Assembly: GCA_034189385.1 (NCBI GenBank)
Contig: JAXHVD010000033.1
Location: 1 to 28,916, forward strand
Source of the DNA: Thermodesulfobacteriota bacterium
GTDB lineage: Bacteria; Desulfobacterota; Desulfobacteria; Desulfobacterales; C00003060
Reading direction: 5' to 3'
DNA: 28,916 nucleotides
Below the pieces are notes generated by a model, which was not told the DNA's origin, made no database searches, and saw only the letters and a list, made by a program, of their open reading frames with translations. Below, piece by piece: positions 18,204 to 26,735 of this stretch (its first letter is position 1; each line of letters opens with the position of its first letter). Both the position numbers and the translations under genes were made by a program.

Positions 18204-19238
18204 CTAGCTAATCGTGAGCATTTCGCCCTGGCGATTAAATGCGTTGATGAAGATCGTGATCTTGTCGGTCTCAAAGTGTTTCTCGGTATCCCCGTGTACC
18301 TCAACCGAATGGTTGAGCTCCTTTTTCGTCAGACCTTTGACCAGCAACGGGTTTCTTTTTTTCTTGTCCCACACAATGCCGTTCATGAAACCGCCGGCAA
18401 GGATCTGTGCCAGGTGGCCGTAGCGCAATGGCATGACCGGCTTGATCCTTTCAGCCATTCTCAGCGGAGTTGTCATCTCTTCAACCTGCGAGAAGACCCC
18501 GTGCTGTTCTATTTCCTTGGCAAGCTCTTCAGGGTTGATCACCTTGCTTGTGAAAATGAAGATTCCCTTTGAAGGTGCCAGAGGGACTTCGTAGACATGT
18601 GGGGGGTCTTCCGAAAGATACGGAACCACAGCCTGAAGCTGGCCGCACTGCTTCAGGTACTCGGAAATGCTATCATCCTTGTCAGGTCTTTTTTTTAGCA
18701 TGCCGAGGATGGCTAGCTGTTTGAAGGCCCTGTATTCAGCCTCCGGGAAGCGAAAGACGCTCAGCTTCTCGAACCGGTACGAGAGCATCCGAGCAATGTG
18801 TCCGTCCAGCCTGTTTTGAGGGATCAGGTAGACGAGGATCCCCCCCGGACAAAGGTAGGGCGTGCAATCTCTAAGGAAGGTTCTTTCGTAGCGTTCTGAT
18901 TTTGCGATCTCATCATCCCGCACAGCCCAGTCATAGGGCGGGTTAAGGTAGAGGGCACTGAATGAGTTGTGGCTGATCCTTGTGTTCTGGTAGTCTGTGA
19001 CAAGACACTTGGTGAGAACATCCTTTGCCTTGCTGCCCCGCTCAAGGTCGACCTCAATGCCGAAACTCTCAGCGTCCAGATGGCTACCTATCGCTCGAAC
19101 AGCAGTGCCTTCACCCGCGCAGGGGTCGAGAACCCTTATGAGTCCCTCGCGCTGACGTCTCAGGTACTTCTTTATGATAGGGACTACACCCTCTGGAGTT
19201 GGGTAGTATCCCATCTTTGCTTGTGCTGCTAATCTCAT
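18204..19238 (-). CDS. SAM-dependent amino-DNA methyltransferase (DUF6094-like)
   Basis: GYYPTP, motif I LDPCAGEG, motif IV NPPY. No cognate restriction endonuclease adjacent. Confidence 0.88.
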   Translation of the reverse strand: MRLAAQAKMGYYPTPEGVVPIIKKYLRRQREGLIRVLDPCAGEGTAVRAIGSHLDAESFGIEVDLERGSKAKDVLTKCLVTDYQNTRISHNSFSALYLNPPYDWAVRDDEIAKSERYERTFLRDCTPYLCPGGILVYLIPQNRLDGHIARMLSYRFEKLSVFRFPEAEYRAFKQLAILGMLKKRPDKDDSISEYLKQCGQLQAVVPYLSEDPPHVYEVPLAPSKGIFIFTSKVINPEELAKEIEQHGVFSQVEEMTTPLRMAERIKPVMPLRYGHLAQILAGGFMNGIVWDKKKRNPLLVKGLTKKELNHSVEVHGDTEKHFETDKITIFINAFNRQGEMLTIS

Positions 19239-19339
19239 TTCAGACTCCTTTCTTTCCATAAGAAAGGGGCCTCCTTTCAGATCTATTTCCTGTATAGAGT
19301 GATCGGAGGCCCTCTGTGTTTAAGGGTTATTGTGATTCG

Positions 19340-19852
19340 CTATGAACAAGAGGTAGGTTCTTCTCCACGCAGCAGCCTGGAAAAGCGGCTTGAGACATCT
19401 TTCAGCCATCCGCTATCGGCCATGCTGTGGTATCCGTCTCCAATGACGATGTGATCATGGAACTGCACATCAATGCTTGCAGCTGCGATTCCCACCTTGA
19501 TGGATATGGACTTATCTTCAGCAGACGGCTGGATGTGGCCGGAGGGGTGGTTATGAGCCATAATGAAGGCGCTGGCCTTCAGTTGAATTAGCCTCTTTAC
19601 AATCTCCCGAGGATATATTGATGAGGATGTGATGCTTCCGGAAAACAGGTTTTCGATGGCGAGCACCTTGTTCCGGGCATCAAGGAAAATGATGTAGACC
19701 TTTTCAATGTCGTCCTCCTCTGCAAAAACTGGTTTAAGAACATTGTACACCTCCTGAGAGTTTGATACTGATTGTCCTTTTGACGATTCCTTGACCATGG
19801 AGACAAAACGGCCGGACTTCAAAGCATCCCAGAATTCTGATTCGTTGGTCAT
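19340..19852 (-). CDS. RadC-like JAB domain protein
   Basis: YPREI, AHNHPSG...PSAED and DHIVIG motifs; AGGAGG RBS. Confidence 0.92.
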   Translation of the reverse strand: MTNESEFWDALKSGRFVSMVKESSKGQSVSNSQEVYNVLKPVFAEEDDIEKVYIIFLDARNKVLAIENLFSGSITSSSIYPREIVKRLIQLKASAFIMAHNHPSGHIQPSAEDKSISIKVGIAAASIDVQFHDHIVIGDGYHSMADSGWLKDVSSRFSRLLRGEEPTSCS

Positions 19853-19937
19853 AGGGGCCTCCTTTCGGCACAAAAAAGCCCCCCTGGAGAGTTCCAGAGA
19901 GGCTTTCTTGCTTGGATAGTTTATCAGTTTGTTTGTG

Positions 19938-20750
19938 CTAGTTCATGACTGGCTCGCACTCATTTCCGCTACTGACGGTTGCTCCTTTCAGTATCAGGTT
20001 CAGGACATTTTCCGCCTCTCCCAAGACTTTCAAGCAGGCCACATGCGGGGTGAGTTTCACCTCCTCTGCATATCTTTCGATGTATCTGAAGGAATTGCCT
20101 GTGGTATCGTTCGCCTGCCTTCCGACGAGCCTGCAAAGGGCCTGGGCCGATAACTCTGCCACTATTTCCTGGAGGGGCTCCTGGCCGCAGGTTAGCTTGC
20201 CTTTGATCCTTTCGTGCCCCGCGTGTGCCAGTTCGTGAAAGAAGGTCTTTTCTTCAGGACTGGCTAAAGCTATCTCCTGACGTTCAGGCGAATAGTATCC
20301 ACTGAACCTGTAGTTGCCAGGGATCGCTTTTACGGATATCCCCCATTCCTTTGCCTTGTCCAGAAGTGGCAGTTGCGGAAGTTCTATGTTTCTATAGTCC
20401 AGCTCTTTTCCTTCGGTGTCCTCGTACATGAATACCGGCGTTGACTTGAAATATCTCAAGACCTCCTTTTCTTCCCCGGTTTCATCGTCAGTCTCTTTCT
20501 TGAAACACGGAACAAGGATGTATATGGCCCTTGCCCCTTTCTTCACCCACCTGTTCACTTGTTTCCACTGGCGAAAACCTCTAGCGTCTGCCGTACCTGC
20601 GAGAAACATCAGGGTGCGGTTGGTAAATGACCACTTGCTGCTCGGGGTATCAGGCACAGGAAAACTGGCCATGGCCACAGCTTCAGGTATTTCACCTGAT
20701 TTGAACTTTTCAACTATCAAATCTAAAACCTGTTTGACTCTGTTATTCAT
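19938..20750 (-). CDS. ArdC-like antirestriction protein (ssDNA-binding domain plus zincin-like domain)
   Basis: WSFTN, GFRQWKQVNRWVKKG, HELAH and EIVAEL motifs. Confidence 0.8.
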   Translation of the reverse strand: MNNRVKQVLDLIVEKFKSGEIPEAVAMASFPVPDTPSSKWSFTNRTLMFLAGTADARGFRQWKQVNRWVKKGARAIYILVPCFKKETDDETGEEKEVLRYFKSTPVFMYEDTEGKELDYRNIELPQLPLLDKAKEWGISVKAIPGNYRFSGYYSPERQEIALASPEEKTFFHELAHAGHERIKGKLTCGQEPLQEIVAELSAQALCRLVGRQANDTTGNSFRYIERYAEEVKLTPHVACLKVLGEAENVLNLILKGATVSSGNECEPVMN

Positions 20751-20866
20751 TTCAACCCCCTCCATTTTTTTGGCTTTAGAAATACAAAAGCCCTTCTGTT
20801 AGGCCAGAGGGCTTTTGTGCAGTCTGTCTATGAGATTATGGGTTCTTGTGTGCTGGAAACTGCTGG

Positions 20867-21367
20867 TTAGAGGTATTCTTCGACCAGCGAGTAGTCGAAA
20901 TCCTCAATATCACAGTCTTGATTGTGCTTTTCCAATTCCTCTCTGCGTGCCGCAGACCCCTCTACAGGCTCAACACGATAGAGCTTCAAATGCCTGCCGA
21001 AGTCTTGCCTCATCTGTCCCAATTGAGATAAAGCCTCTGCTGGGTCATCATAGCCCAAGGGGTCATCTGGAGAGACGACCATGAATCCCAGCCTGTGTTT
21101 GGGGTTGCCGATAATGTGAATCGAGTCTCTTGTTTCCTTGGCAGCCTCGGCAATCAATGGTTCGTTTTCAGCATACTCGTCCTTTTCGTCTAAGAAATGC
21201 TTTGCATTGGCAATCATTCCATCAGCGTCGTAAAGGGCCGCATCATTGTGTTCAACATTCATGGCCTTGACATATTTTGACAGCGCCTGAATTGCCATGC
21301 TGGGATCATGGAAAAACACCACCTCTGCGATGATCCCTCTTGATACAGTAACTAAGACCTGGTTCAT
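20867..21367 (-). CDS. Acidic hypothetical protein
   Basis: 166-aa ORF with GAGGTG RBS, co-oriented in the gene run. Confidence 0.7.
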   Translation of the reverse strand: MNQVLVTVSRGIIAEVVFFHDPSMAIQALSKYVKAMNVEHNDAALYDADGMIANAKHFLDEKDEYAENEPLIAEAAKETRDSIHIIGNPKHRLGFMVVSPDDPLGYDDPAEALSQLGQMRQDFGRHLKLYRVEPVEGSAARREELEKHNQDCDIEDFDYSLVEEYL

Positions 21368-21428
21368 TTTTTCTCACCTCTCTCATTGGGGGTGAAGCCG
21401 CCCCAACTCTGCCAGGCGGCTTCACTGG

Positions 21429-21647
21429 CTATGATAGTTTTCCGTTTTGTCCATTTGAACCAAAGACGCATTGGTTGCAAAAGCTCCGGTCTCTACATGC
21501 GTCGCATACCAGTTTGGCGTCTGCGACCTGCCCAACATAATCAAATACATGTTCGATAGCTTGTGTCATAGGTATTTCAAGAGCCCAGGCGATTCGCCTG
21601 AGTGTACCACTATGCTTAAGGCTAAGTTCTGGCGTATATGCCATCAT
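21429..21647 (-). CDS. Small protein with a Cys cluster (CxxC...CxxC)
   Basis: AGGAGG RBS; C-terminal VCDACRDRSFCNQC. Confidence 0.7.
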   Translation of the reverse strand: MMAYTPELSLKHSGTLRRIAWALEIPMTQAIEHVFDYVGQVADAKLVCDACRDRSFCNQCVFGSNGQNGKLS

Positions 21648-21773
21648 CTACCTCCTTTCAAAAAAAGCAAAAGCCCGCCTGACCGAGACGGGCTATTTCA
21701 TGTTGTTGGTTCTTGTTTGCTCAGACTCTGGGAGCAGCTTGACCAACCACGAGGGTAGATTCGCGACTGACAA

Positions 21774-22067
21774 TCAGGGTAGCTTTCCCATGGCTTCGGT
21801 CGTATGGTCTCGGGCCGTTCTCTTTCGGCAGTGTTTGAGCAACTGGATTCCATTTTTGATGGCACTTATTGACTTGTTGAATTCACGTATCAGTAGCCTC
21901 CTTTTTCCAGGATCATCGGTTTTCTCGATACGGGATGCTGTGAAATGCGTCCCGAACATTGCAAGTGCGATGGTGTCCCTGAATTCATGAGTTGGTTTGG
22001 TCTGCTGGAGACAGTCCCGCAGTTCACCTCCTAGTGTTTTGAGTTCTTTTTGAAATGTTTCGCCCAT
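21774..22067 (-). CDS. Hypothetical protein
   Basis: AGGAGGTG RBS; 97-aa ORF. Confidence 0.65.
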   Translation of the reverse strand: MGETFQKELKTLGGELRDCLQQTKPTHEFRDTIALAMFGTHFTASRIEKTDDPGKRRLLIREFNKSISAIKNGIQLLKHCRKRTARDHTTEAMGKLP

Positions 22068-22160
22068 GACTTTTTCACCTCCTTTCTAAATAGAATGTGG
22101 CCTAAAGGCTGATGCAGTTAAGCCTGTGGTTAAGAAAATGACGGCTGTAGCTGTAGCTAC

Positions 22161-22187
22161 AAAAAAACCGTCTCCCGACGGAGACGG
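22161..22187 (-). terminator. Intrinsic terminator downstream of the HerA-like operon
   Basis: Perfect 8-bp stem CCGTCTCC/GGAGACGG followed by T7 on the minus strand. Confidence 0.75.
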
Positions 22188-22327
22188 CCTTACGGGTTGG
22201 CTCCAATGTTGCTGCGGTTGTCTTTTGCCTGAAGGTTTGTTTCTGGTGAGATGTCCCGGTGCGCCTTTTTCTATGAAGTGATCCGCATCCGGTACATTTT
22301 CCGGTTAGTATGAGGTAGGCTATATGA

Positions 22328-24262
22328 TCACAAAACGGGAGGATTGCTCAGGAAGTCTTTTGCAAAAACCACGCGGATGAGTTCCCTGTCAGGAACGATT
22401 AGCTCTCTTAGAACTTCCTTGATTCTGATTTCTGTCTCCCGGTTCGTGGTAACCATATATTTGAGGTCGGCTTTGTATCTGCCCAGCCTGGTGAGGTTTG
22501 CCTGGATATCAGATTTGCCGGTCTCCATTTGAATGGCCATTGTTCTTCCTACTGTTTCTACCACCAGGTCGATGTGATCTTTTTCCAAAAAGGTGAAGCC
22601 TTCTGCGCCCAAGTAGTGTTCCTTTATCTTTTCAAGATAGTATCTGTGCTCGAGGCCTCCGCGGCCTATTTGTACTGCCTTCTTTCCCAAGGCCTTTCTC
22701 GCTGCTAGCGTCAGCTCATAGAGCCGGTTGCCATCAATGGTAAGGGGCCTTATGAGTTGAAGAGACATGAGTTCTTCAATCACGCTATAGCCATGGGAAA
22801 TCGTAAGCCCCAGCTCTTTGAACCTTTTGACCAGGCCCAAGATGGGCCTCTGGGCGACGTGTTCAAGCATTATCCGGCCCAGGGGGGATAGTGTTTCACC
22901 CTTTTGAATACCGCAAATATTGCTGGTTTTGGGCGGAGCTATCACATTTGGGCTTGAATCCTTCAAATATCCTTCCATGTGCCTTTTTAGGTCATCATCG
23001 GTCACCAAACCCTTTTTCAGGGGAAAATTCGCAATGGACAGAAGGACGGGTTTGGCAAAACGATCGGAACGGCAAATGCACTGTCCCAGGGTCAGCATGG
23101 ATAGATATCTTTGCTCGTTTTTATCCAAGAGCATGGCATTTGATATGGCCTTTACGTCTTGATTGAGTGAAAGGGTAAGGGCGAATTTGGTGGAGAGGTT
23201 CCCCAGAGCACTCACTGACATTTTGCTCGGGTGCTGATCGATAATGATGATTGCTTCTCCCAGTTCACGGATCTCTCTCATGATCACATCGGCGATGTCT
23301 TCTTCTTGCCGTGTTTTCAAAAACAGGTGATGGGCCTCTTCGATGATCATAAAATGCTTCAAAACCTCCCGCTCGGGCTGCCTCATCCTGTAGTGGTAGA
23401 TCCACAAAAGCAGGCTTCCGATCACAAAGGCCTGGTCAGAGCCAGACAGCCCGTCCAGTTCAAGGATGACCTTTTTATTGAGCAGTTCTGGAATAGGATA
23501 TCCCGCTAGGCAGTTCACCATTTCCCCCAAGCCGGGATAGTTTATCGCGTTCAAGGTCCGTTTCACGCTGGCCCACCAGAGGAGCTCCCTGGCCTTCTTT
23601 TTCTGTTTTAGCACATTGTTCTGCATATCCTTAAATGTGCTCATGCCGGCACTTTCCATGAACACGTCATTGGCCCCGGGCCCAAGAAGGTAGACCTTTT
23701 CGATGATCTCCGAAAGCTGCTTGATCCAAACATATTCTTCCACTCCGGCAGGGCCTTGTTTCGGGTTGAAATAGAAGGGGACCACGTCATTTCTTCCCAC
23801 AGTGAAGACAAGAATTTCCTGGTCTTTGAAGTCAGGGTGTTTTAGGAGGTCGCGGTAGTTCCGCTTGTAGTCGAAGATCAGAAAGGGGTGGTTGTGTTTG
23901 CAAAGCTCTCTTAGAATCCTGATGGAAAGCGTCGTTTTTCCACTTCCCGTTTTTCCAAAGAGGCCCGTATGGCAAAGCCAGGAAGGCTGCTTCACACCAA
24001 AGAGCCCGAACGGTTTACCTCCAAACATGGCTTCACCAATGGGGTATTCTCCTTCAAGGAGGTTTCTTTCAGGGGGAGGAAGCAGTATGTTTTCCGTCTT
24101 AAGCCCCGGGACGTGTTTTGCGATCAAAAGGTCCATCATGTTTTCAATCTCTCTTCGCTTTCGGGGGTCTTTTTCTAAAATGTACCGGACGCGCAGGTAC
24201 TCCCACTGGGCCGGCGGAAGGACAGGCTTCAAGAGCTTCAGCTTTTCATCAATCCATTCCAT
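22328..24262 (-). CDS. HerA/FtsK-superfamily (DUF87-like) ATPase with C-terminal HTH-like and PD-(D/E)XK-like region
   Basis: Walker A GKTGSGKT, IFDYK, Walker B IIEEAH, REIRELG, IDQHP. C-terminal EHRY...IDLVV...QMETGKSD. Confidence 0.85.
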   Translation of the reverse strand: MEWIDEKLKLLKPVLPPAQWEYLRVRYILEKDPRKRREIENMMDLLIAKHVPGLKTENILLPPPERNLLEGEYPIGEAMFGGKPFGLFGVKQPSWLCHTGLFGKTGSGKTTLSIRILRELCKHNHPFLIFDYKRNYRDLLKHPDFKDQEILVFTVGRNDVVPFYFNPKQGPAGVEEYVWIKQLSEIIEKVYLLGPGANDVFMESAGMSTFKDMQNNVLKQKKKARELLWWASVKRTLNAINYPGLGEMVNCLAGYPIPELLNKKVILELDGLSGSDQAFVIGSLLLWIYHYRMRQPEREVLKHFMIIEEAHHLFLKTRQEEDIADVIMREIRELGEAIIIIDQHPSKMSVSALGNLSTKFALTLSLNQDVKAISNAMLLDKNEQRYLSMLTLGQCICRSDRFAKPVLLSIANFPLKKGLVTDDDLKRHMEGYLKDSSPNVIAPPKTSNICGIQKGETLSPLGRIMLEHVAQRPILGLVKRFKELGLTISHGYSVIEELMSLQLIRPLTIDGNRLYELTLAARKALGKKAVQIGRGGLEHRYYLEKIKEHYLGAEGFTFLEKDHIDLVVETVGRTMAIQMETGKSDIQANLTRLGRYKADLKYMVTTNRETEIRIKEVLRELIVPDRELIRVVFAKDFLSNPPVL

Positions 24263-24263
24263 T

Positions 24264-25013
24264 TTATGTCATGACAAAATCCCTTTTGCAGTACCCTCCG
24301 CATGTGCATGGATAGTCCTGTTCGTCGTGAGACACGGTCTTTTCACGCACTGACTTGATCAGGGTTCTCGCATAATCCAAGAGTTCGTCGTCCACACGGA
24401 TTGGCGCGGGGTCATCTGGAAATTTCACAAAATGGATTAAGATGGACTCAGGCACCTCGTTATATTTGTCCTGATACAACAGGGCATAAAGGGCAGCTTG
24501 TCTTAGGATGTCGTCTGTGATGTTTGCATATTTGGAGGTCTTGTAATCCACCAGTGCGACTTTGTCGTCCCATGTGTGAACCGCATCGATGATTCCCATT
24601 AGCCCAAGCGTTTTCGATACGATCTTTGTTTCTGAGAGATCAGGAGACGCCAGGTTGTTCCTGTAAAACCATTGGCTGAAATTAAAAATCATGAGTTCGC
24701 TGTCATCACGATAAAAGTCGATCTCCTGCCTTGTAAGGCCCAGGGAGTTCAGACTTCCCGCAGCCCCTATCCATTCCCTGTGAAATGTATTGAGAAGGTC
24801 TTGGCGGATCTTTGTAAGAGAGACTTGTGGCGCCGTTTTCGGGTAGTTTATGTGAAATTCATGGATGGCTTTGTGGACGATCCTGCCGCGGACAAGATGA
24901 ATGGATGGCTTTGTTTGAAGCCTTCTTATGTACCTGAGATAAAACTTTCGGGGGCACGAAAGATAGGTATTAATAGCTGTTGGGCTCAGTATTCGTTTTT
25001 CAATTTTGACCAC
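24264..25013 (-). CDS. PD-(D/E)XK nuclease, Cas4/AddB-like, with probable Fe-S ligands
   Basis: LSPTAINTYLSCPRKFYLRY, GRIVH, GIIDAV, VDYKT, QAALY; C-terminal CTCGGYC. Confidence 0.88.
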   Translation of the reverse strand: MVKIEKRILSPTAINTYLSCPRKFYLRYIRRLQTKPSIHLVRGRIVHKAIHEFHINYPKTAPQVSLTKIRQDLLNTFHREWIGAAGSLNSLGLTRQEIDFYRDDSELMIFNFSQWFYRNNLASPDLSETKIVSKTLGLMGIIDAVHTWDDKVALVDYKTSKYANITDDILRQAALYALLYQDKYNEVPESILIHFVKFPDDPAPIRVDDELLDYARTLIKSVREKTVSHDEQDYPCTCGGYCKRDFVMT

Positions 25014-25155
25014 CTCGGTCTGGTTTTCTTTTGTTCAATACGGAAACGAATGTCACGATCACGTGTTCGAGCTGCCAATCATCCATCATCATGGCGAAGC
25101 TAACTGGATCGCTGGCAAGTTTTTGTACCTCTTCCCTACTTACAAGACCTTTCAT
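25000..25155 (-). CDS. 51-aa protein (not in the ORF track)
   Basis: ATGA overlap with the upstream stop; reads MKGLVSREEVQKLASDPVSFAMMMDDWQLEHVIVTFVSVLNKRKPDRGGQN; overlaps the nuclease start. Confidence 0.6.
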   Translation of the reverse strand: MKGLVSREEVQKLASDPVSFAMMMDDWQLEHVIVTFVSVLNKRKPDRGGQN

Positions 25156-25679
25156 GCAAATTCCTCCGCTTGATTCATCAACATTGCTGCCTTCTGGTCT
25201 TCTTCGAGTTTCTCGATCAAAGTCTCTCTCAGTTCCTTCCGAAGGAAAGAGACGTCCCTAAAATAGTTTGCCATTTCCTTCCTTTTTTCTTGTTCGAGGC
25301 CAATGAGCTGCCGCTCAAGTTGGAGCCTTCGATTGTCAATCAGATCTCCGAGCTCGTAGATCAGATTTGTACACACACATTGGTCGAGGGAAATCCGATA
25401 AAGGTTTTTGTCTCTCAACTTGTATCTTTGGTACATTTCTGAAAAGAGCAGCCGGGCCTTGAATGAAATGATATCGCGTCTCTGGTTCATCAATTCTTCC
25501 AACCCGTACACCCCCCCCACATTGGAGTTATTCCCAAGCAAGGTGTCGCCATTATCTTGGTATCCATTTTGAGGATACAGATACTTGGGGTCAAATGGAG
25601 CGTAGAGAAGTGTTTTTGCTTGGGCATCATTTCGCTCCTTATTTGTTTTGAAAATCATCTTTTTGGCTCCAGTTTCCAT
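25152..25679 (-). CDS. Helical/coiled-coil hypothetical protein, first gene of the nuclease-ATPase operon
   Basis: 175-aa ORF; coiled coil RLQLERQLIGLEQEKRKE; coupled to downstream ORFs. Confidence 0.75.
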   Translation of the reverse strand: METGAKKMIFKTNKERNDAQAKTLLYAPFDPKYLYPQNGYQDNGDTLLGNNSNVGGVYGLEELMNQRRDIISFKARLLFSEMYQRYKLRDKNLYRISLDQCVCTNLIYELGDLIDNRRLQLERQLIGLEQEKRKEMANYFRDVSFLRKELRETLIEKLEEDQKAAMLMNQAEEFA

Positions 25680-25879
25680 ATTTTTACTACTAGAAAGTTG
25701 TCATCTTTTAAAAAACTTTGGGCCTCGAAAGGGTTTGCCGCTATCTAAGTGGTCGTGTTTCAGGAAGGGGAGGCAGGAAGAGCCCTTACTTTTCCCAGAA
25801 GTTGGCAGAGTTGTGTTTCCGAAAAGTATATATGACACCTGTGTCTCAGATTGTTTTTATGCTGATCGAGTCTCGTGGG

Positions 25880-26443
25880 ATGTATCGTCTACATAGATTG
25901 TCACTCATCATAATGGCAATCTTCCTTTACTCTGGTTGTTCCTGCGACCCTGTACCCACGGTCTGCAGATTTCACGAACCATTGAGTGAGTCTGGTTATG
26001 GGAACACCTGCTTGAACATCCACGGTGCTGTGGCAGGGGACATAATCCCTGGCGCGCAGGTCTATCTTTTCCAGCCTTCAAGCCTGAATTTGTCAGTCGT
26101 CTTGACTGAAATCAGGACGATGCCTGCGCTGGGGTGGCGGCCTGTAAACGAATCAGGGGCTTTTGAGTTTCATTGTCTCTCGCCAGGTGAGTACGTCTTT
26201 GTTATCCCCACAACGTCATATGATGGTTGGATAGGTTTCCCCCTGCCGTATGAGGTCGACTGTGAGAATCTCTCAGTTCGAATCGTCTTTCATGGTGGTG
26301 ATTATAAATACGCTGTCGGTGCGTTCGGGGTCATCGATTCCAGGGTAGAGTATGTTGAGAAATGCACTGGCTCGTCATGGGTCTGTAGGGACCTGATGGG
26401 CTCCCTGTACAGAGAATGTCGCAATAACTCTAGGCAACGGTGA
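25880..26443 (+). CDS. Cys-rich exported/lipoprotein-like protein with a beta-rich domain
   Basis: Signal-like MYRLHRLSLIIMAIFLYSGCSC; GAFEFHCLSPGEY resembles prealbumin-like/carboxypeptidase-regulatory folds. Start uncertain. Confidence 0.55.
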   Translation: MYRLHRLSLIIMAIFLYSGCSCDPVPTVCRFHEPLSESGYGNTCLNIHGAVAGDIIPGAQVYLFQPSSLNLSVVLTEIRTMPALGWRPVNESGAFEFHCLSPGEYVFVIPTTSYDGWIGFPLPYEVDCENLSVRIVFHGGDYKYAVGAFGVIDSRVEYVEKCTGSSWVCRDLMGSLYRECRNNSRQR

Positions 26444-26489
26444 CTGCTTTCCTTGAAATCTTCGACAAAAAATGGTTCTGGAAACAGTG

Positions 26490-26661
26490 TCCTAGACTGG
26501 AAAATGTCCAGTCTAGGAGTAAATGTCCTGTGGAAGGTGTAGTTGTTGTTTGTTGTATGTTGTCTATTAGTTATATATAGTTTCCATATAGAAAATAATA
26601 ATGAAAGAAAAAGAGGAGACAGGAAAAGGGAAAAGGGAAATTCCACAGGAAATCTCCCCCC
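26490..26661. other. Candidate replication origin: inverted ORB-like repeats flanking an AT-rich tract
   Basis: TCCTGTGGAA (26526-26535) and TTCCACAGGA (26641-26650) are a perfect inverted pair around an AT-rich tract that is T-rich then A-rich. A 12-bp perfect inverted repeat lies at 26490-26501 / 26507-26518. Confidence 0.6.
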
Positions 26662-26735
26662 ACATTTCGGTTCTCACCCAGGAGTGCTTACAAAGCATTA
26701 AATAGTACTGGCGCATCTGGAGGTAAAGGAAGAAA

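Noticed and set aside
24264..25013. Cas4-like nuclease as a sign of CRISPR-Cas
   Set aside because: No repeat-spacer array or other cas gene in the window; solo PD-(D/E)XK nucleases of this type are common in mobile elements.
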